DNA from: Eledone cirrhosa
Taxonomy: Eukaryota
Reading direction: 5' to 3'
NCBI GenBank assembly: GCA_964016885.1
Contig: OZ024749.1
Span: forward strand, 33,728,001 to 33,792,000
DNA length: 64,000 nt
The position numbers were made by a program, and so were the translations under genes. Positions within the stretch are counted from its first letter, which is position 1. The number at the start of each line of letters is the position of its first letter. Shown piece by piece: positions 56,992 to 64,000 of this stretch. The notes under the pieces are model-generated. The model saw nothing but the letters and a program-made list of their open reading frames with translations, had not been told where the DNA came from and searched no databases.

Positions 56992-57296
56992 CATATATGG
57001 AGAGAGAGCGGGAGAGTGGGAGTGAGTGAGAGAGACAACAATGTCAAAATACTGAGAGATCAAGGGAGTAAAGTTTATACCAAGCGAATTTCAGATCTTA
57101 GTATATGTTTTTATTCCTCTATATTATAATGCAACGAAATTCTTCCAATTACCCTATTTCCCATTTCCTTTTATTGAAACAGGTGTATAACTAAATTCCT
57201 TCATAAGTCTTGTGTGCGTATATATTATTCATACACATACACTCGTATATATAAATATATATATATATACACATATACATATATAAATATATATAT

Positions 57297-57361
<65 letters not shown>

Positions 57362-57364
<3 letters not shown>

Positions 57365-57556
57365 GTAGGTCCCGGGTTGAGTCGGGGATAACCACAGTAA
57401 GTAAGGTACTCAATACATGGCAGAGTAAACATTTTTTTATTTTATAGAAGGAGCTTCTACAGGACTAGTACTGTATCATTCAGATGAAATCTTCAGGAAG
57501 CTTCCTGAAGATTTCATCTGAATGAAACAGTACTAGTCCTGTAGAAGCTCCTTCTA
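57362..57556 (-). mobile_element. (TA)n-embedded fold-back element with hammerhead core in each arm
   Basis: ~110-bp near-perfect palindrome at 57444-57557 containing CTGAAGA-tttcatctgaat-GAAA-cagtactag-TC. A relative is at 51901-51970. Confidence 0.75.
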
Positions 57557-57568
57557 TATAATTAAAAA

Positions 57569-57602
<34 letters not shown>

Positions 57603-57770
57603 GTATGCATGTATAAATCCGCGATCAAGTGGCTGTGACGCTAACCCGTGTCTATATATATATAAATAATTGTATGTGTGTGTGTGTGTGTCCATAGGTA
57701 TATCCATATAATAGTAAGTGAACTACCCTTTTTTCTAATAAGGTTTCATGAGTTCATCATTTTATAATTT

Positions 57771-57811
57771 AATCAACGTTTCGGGACCCTCATGATCACG
57801 TCATCAGGAAT
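57771..57811 (-). ncRNA. Minimal hammerhead-like motif
   Basis: attc-CTGATGA-cgtgatcatgagggtccc-GAAA-cg-TT-gatt. Confidence 0.5.
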
Positions 57812-58204
57812 ATAGTTGGTATATTTTTACTATCTCTTCTACTATAGGAATATGTACTTTACGAAGTTCTTAACTTCCCGTCATTCTGTTAATTTTTACA
57901 TCCATCCATCCATCCATCCATCCATACATACATTGCATTCATCCATCCATCCATACATACATACATACATACATACATACATTGCATTCATACATACATA
58001 TATACATATATATGTTTATATGTGTATTCTATAATAGGACATGCCATTATATAATAAAATATAATAGATATGTAGATAAGTTACATGCATACATACATAC
58101 ATACATACATACATACATACATACATACATACATACATACATACATACATACATACATAGTGAAGTTAGTGAAATTATAAAACCAGAAGAACATACATAC
58201 ATAC

Positions 58205-58282
<78 letters not shown>

Positions 58283-58820
58283 GCGTGTGCGTGTGTGTGT
58301 GTGTATTTGTGTATTGTATACTAGGATATGACTATATATGATAAAACATAATAGATATGTAGATAAGTTACTCTATAAATAAATATGGTCAAAGTAGTAA
58401 AAGCTGCAAGGCGGTTTTAAGATGGCGGCAATCTGGAGACGTTTATCGTCAATGTATTAGGTTTTATGCTTTAAATATATAGCTTGCATTCAGGCCATCT
58501 GTGACACGCTAATTTCCTTTTCGTTTCATGTATATGTTATTCACGTGTAAATGATATTCTTGTATAATACAAGCTAGCACGCATGTATATATTATGTATG
58601 TATTATGTAAGTATGTATGTAAGTATGTATGTATATGAGTATGTATGTATGATGTATGTATGCATGTATGCATGTATGTATGTGTGTATGTATGTATGCA
58701 TATATGTATACAAGAAATTATACACATACACAAACAAACAGACATACACACACACATACGTATGTATGTATATATATATATATATATATACGTATGCATA
58801 TACATATATATGTATGTATG

Positions 58821-58907
<87 letters not shown>

Positions 58908-59030
58908 ATATGTATATATGTATATATATGTATATATGTATATATATGTATGTATTCATATACATATACATGTATGTATATTTATATATATATATATTTA
59001 CATCATATATATATATATACGTATATATAT

Positions 59031-59097
<67 letters not shown>

Positions 59098-59115
59098 CAC
59101 ACATACATACTTACC

Positions 59116-59146
<31 letters not shown>

Positions 59147-59393
59147 TATATGCATATTTAACCGTTCGTTTAAAATTATTTGGGGCTTATAGTTATCCAA
59201 AACTAAGAAACAGATTTTATCAAGGAATTAGTGCAGCATTAGTTATGTTTTTTCTTTGAAGTTTTTTTTCAGTTCCACATTAATCTTTCTCGTCTGCTCT
59301 TCTCCATAACTCTATATTTCTATATTTATATAAATGTTTATCTCTATATATTTGCTTATCTGTATATCTATATATCTATATCTATCTATGTAC

Positions 59394-59722
<329 letters not shown>

Positions 59723-60145
59723 TGTATATATATATATATATATTTCTTTGCATATCTGTATATTTATATATATGTATATCTGTTTTTGTGTATATATGTT
59801 TATTTGTTTATCTATATATCTATATAGTTGTACGTCTGTACATCTGTATATCTGCACTTATGTATATCTGTTTATCAGTATACCTCCATAATTGTATATC
59901 TGAGTATTTGTATATCTGTTTCAACTTTGTTGTCGTGTCTCCTTTCGCTTGCTTATTCACCCATATTCAACTCTCTGAAACTATTATATATATATCATCC
60001 TCTTTAGCCATCTTCCTCTCCTCCCGTCCTTTCTCTTCATTCTCTCTCTCTCCCCACTCTTTCTCTCTTCGCCATAACGGCACTTGAGTTTATATCTCGA
60101 CTAAAACTTAATTATGGAGATTTACCATCTTGTCTAATTAATAAC

Positions 60146-60237
60146 AAGGCTTACTGATGAAACTCGGCTTCTTAACATTAATAATTATCCATTTAATTGT
60201 GAGTTCTCAAGAGCAGAAATAGCCCTATCTAAGCCTT
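60146..60237 (+). ncRNA. Type I hammerhead-like motif with 8-bp stem I
   Basis: aaggctta-CTGATGA-...-GAAA-tag-cc-cta-TC-taagcctt. A decayed paralog is at 60877-60969. Confidence 0.6.
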
Positions 60238-60332
60238 TGCTGAAACTATACATTACTAATGTAATGTAAGCAATATTTTAATGCTCGGCTTCATTCAATG
60301 TGTGTGTGTTTTTGTTTGCAAGATATTAGTTA

Positions 60333-60517
60333 ATAATTGTTTCTACTCTTGGCACAAGGCCAGCAATTATCCAAGTGTATTACTAGTACTTTATTTTATC
60401 GACCGCGTAAGGATGAAAGGCAAAGTTAACCTCGGCGGGATTTGAACTCAGACCATAAAGGGAGGTAACTCTTTGCTGCAAAACCTGGCGTCAGATCCTC
60501 TACCGATACTGCCAATC
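60333..60517 (-). mobile_element. Family 1 SINE
   Basis: Sequence match to the other copies. Confidence 0.88.
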
Positions 60518-61238
60518 TAACAAGCTGTATCCTTTACATTATCTGTATGTGTGGCCACTGATTTTTGTATTTTAGTGCCTAACTTACATCGAGCGGTTAT
60601 GATGCAGCGAGTTGATATTTTCTATATCGATATAAATTCATCTTTATATTTTTCAACTCCCTATTTTTTAATATATCGGTAGAGTTACTTCATAGTTTGC
60701 GAGTGAACTATTTTTAGCATTAGTCCCTGCCTTTCACAGTCCATGACTGTCCCTGCCTTTCATAGTCCATGACTGTCCCAGTTGCTGTCATAGTCACCAT
60801 AACAACACGTAAGATTCTGATTCGAGACAAACCTATTTACGGACTATTAATATCTTGTCTAATCACACTAATATCACTTACTGAAGAAGCTTGGCTTCTT
60901 AACAATATCAATATCAATTATGACAATTACTGTATTCTCTCAAGACCGGGATTATCGCTCTCTAAGCCTTTGTTAGAACTATATACTGCTTATGTAATGT
61001 AAGCAATATTTTAATGTTCTACTTTATTCTATGTGTCTTATTTTGTAAGATACTAATAATGCCGTATCCATAAGATTCTTTGTATGAGTGCCCTCTCTTT
61101 TTAATATCTTAGCGCCAAATTCATATTAAACGGTTATGGTTATGGTACTGCGATTCGATATTTCCTATTGCAATGTATATATATATACATTGTTTATATA
61201 TATATATATATATACATTGTTTATATATATATATATAT

Positions 61239-61353
61239 ATGAAGGGCTTATGCCCGAAACGTCGTCCCCCACCTACCCCCCACTCCCCTGAGCGTGAATT
61301 TAATAAACATTTATTGTACTGCCTCTCTGTTCTGTCCCTGTTCAATTTTTCAT

Positions 61354-61355
<2 letters not shown>
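61239..61355 (+). mobile_element. PLE-type 3' end truncated inside its hammerhead core
   Basis: ATGA-a-gggc-ttat-gccc-GAAA-cg-TC, then aataaa, between (TA)n runs. Confidence 0.65.
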
Positions 61356-61384
<29 letters not shown>

Positions 61385-61385
61385 T

Positions 61386-61485
<100 letters not shown>

Positions 61486-61610
61486 GTGTTTATATAGATA
61501 GACAAATGAATCTATGCAGACTTTCTCTCTCTAAATATATATTATATATGAATTCATATATACCAATATCAGCTACCCTAATATATATATGTATATATAT
61601 AAAAATATAT

Positions 61611-61939
<329 letters not shown>

Positions 61940-62409
61940 GAGTTGAGTTTTATTGTAGCACAATAAAGCAATGCAAATATCGGATAAGTAGCACTTATAT
62001 ATAATTGTTTGTACTTTTGGCACAAGGCTAACAATTACCCAGTGCATTACTGGTACTTTATTTTATCGACCCCGTAAGGATGAAAGGCAAAGTTAAACTC
62101 GGCGGGATTTGAACTCAGAATGGCAAGAGCCGTAACTGTATGCTGATTTAACACTTCACTGCTCGCAAGTGTTTTTTAAGCTTCATATCATGTCTCCCTA
62201 TTTTATCTGATGAGAACGCAAATATCATCCCATGATGATATTTGTTTTTGAAATGCGCATAATAAAATACATGGAACATTTTTAACCATCTTTTGATTTT
62301 ATATATATATATATATATATATAACGAAGGAAGTGTGGTAAGGAACCAGGCGGACCATAACGCACCAAAGTACTCAATACGAGTGTGTATGATTGTGTAT
62401 AGAAGATTA

Positions 62410-62609
62410 TATTAATAAAAGGAATTCCTAATTTGTCTGATTTACTCGTTTTATTTACAATCCTTTAAAATTTATAATGGTATTAGAATGAAATAGTATG
62501 GTAGAATATTAAATGTTAAGTGTTAATTGAACAAGTACTTTCATGCTTTCGCAATCTTCAGGTTCCGAATGTGTGGTGACAGTCAAGTTTGCAATTTTCA
62601 ACTGTGAAA

Positions 62610-62671
<62 letters not shown>

Positions 62672-62931
62672 CAGTATATATATATATATATACATATATA
62701 TATTCAACAGTATATATATACATATATATATATATTCAACAGTTGAAAATTGCAAACTTGACTGTCACCACACATTATGAACCTGAAGATTGCGAAAGCA
62801 TGAAAGTACTTGTTCAATTAACACTTAACATTTAATATTCTACCATACTATTTCATTCTAATACCATTATAAATTTTAAAGGATTGTAAATAAAACGAGT
62901 AAATCAGACAGAGTTGGAATTCCTTTTATTA

Positions 62932-62932
<1 letters not shown>
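62410..62932. mobile_element. ~190-bp inverted arms around a (TA)n apex, each with a hammerhead
   Basis: 62410-62605 is the reverse complement of about 62739-62932. Confidence 0.85.
62778..62816 (+). ncRNA. Minimal type I hammerhead ribozyme (mirror copy at 62529-62565, -)
   Basis: tgaac-CTGAAGA-ttgc-gaaa-gcat-GAAA-gtac-TT-gttca, with a palindromic stem III. Confidence 0.8.
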
Positions 62933-62989
<57 letters not shown>

Positions 62990-63255
62990 TTTAGGAATAG
63001 AATCTTTCACCGTATTTGTTTTACTAAAGAAATTTTAGCCTCATGACAAAGATAAGGGTTCAACTCCCCTGTACTCTATGAAATGGAAAATAGAAATTCT
63101 CATCTTTTTCCATTTCATAGAGTGTACTATCAGGCTAAAATGCCTTTAGTATAAAAAAAATACGGCGAAAGCTTCTATTTCTAATTCCAAAACACCCACC
63201 CGCACACGCATGTAAATATATATATATATAAACACACACACACACACACACACTC

Positions 63256-63368
<113 letters not shown>

Positions 63369-63403
63369 CATATCTATATCTCTCTCTCTATATATATATA
63401 TAT

Positions 63404-63829
63404 AACAAAGGAATTGTGGTAAGGAACCAGATGGACTATAACGCACCAGAGTACTCAATACTTAGGGTAGTAGAGTGAGAAATAGGAAAAAGTATGACCC
63501 CGACGGCAGAGCTCAAGCCGTTTCGACGGCTATTTCTGGCTATTTCGACGGCTATTTTCTGAGTCCAGAAACAGCCGTCGAAACGGCTTGAGCTCTGCCG
63601 TCGGGGTCATACTTTTTCCTATATATATATATATATATATATAGGAACAAGTAAGACCCCGACGGCTGAGCTCAAGCCGTTTCGACGGCTAGTCCAGAAT
63701 TAGCCGTCGAAACGGCTTGAGCACAGCCGTCGGGGTCTTACTTGTTCCTATTACCCACTCTACTACCCTAAGTATTGAGTACTTTGGTGCGTTATAGTCC
63801 ACCTGGTTCCTTACCACATTTCCTTCGTT
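63404..63829. mobile_element. Two family F fold-back copies in opposite orientation
   Basis: 63404-63620 and 63643-63829, separated by (TA)n. A fragment is also at 62323-62380. Confidence 0.9.
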
Positions 63830-64000
63830 ATATATATATACATAACAGAGTGAGAGCGAATCAATTGGAGATTTTAAAGATAATGCGACGGAAAAAAAAC
63901 CCTTACATAAATATGCGTCTTACATTAATATCTGTATATAGAATGGGGAGACATATTTATGTAGTATTTTAGTATGTTTATACATTTCAACACATATCAA

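Overview
AT-rich, microsatellite-saturated eukaryotic non-coding DNA, probably intronic or intergenic. The SINE families resemble those of Octopus/coleoid cephalopods (inference from recalled consensus sequences). No intact host gene is supported, and almost all ORFs in the track are translations of (TA)n, (CA)n, (CATA)n or triplet repeats. Recognisable content: about 20 copies of a tRNA-derived SINE with a MetaSINE-like core, two other SINE families, three substantial Penelope-like element (PLE) relics (one RT, two GIY-YIG) plus a small pre-RT fragment, 3' ends of a (CATA)n-associated RLE-type LINE, a non-autonomous Helitron, Tc1/mariner and hAT MITEs, and several minisatellites. The most striking pattern is that the short unique 'islands' inside (TA)n arrays are mostly PLE-type 3' ends or non-autonomous derivatives. 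Many carry minimal type I hammerhead ribozyme motifs (about 15 read by eye, including a U3-A8 covariant and a C4 long-stem-II class), and many are fold-back (inverted-arm) insertions with stereotyped ends. One ~140-nt family occurs about 10 times with a fixed fold-back geometry, variable hairpin apices and private substitutions mirrored in both arms. All calls were made by eye and coordinates may be off by a few bases.
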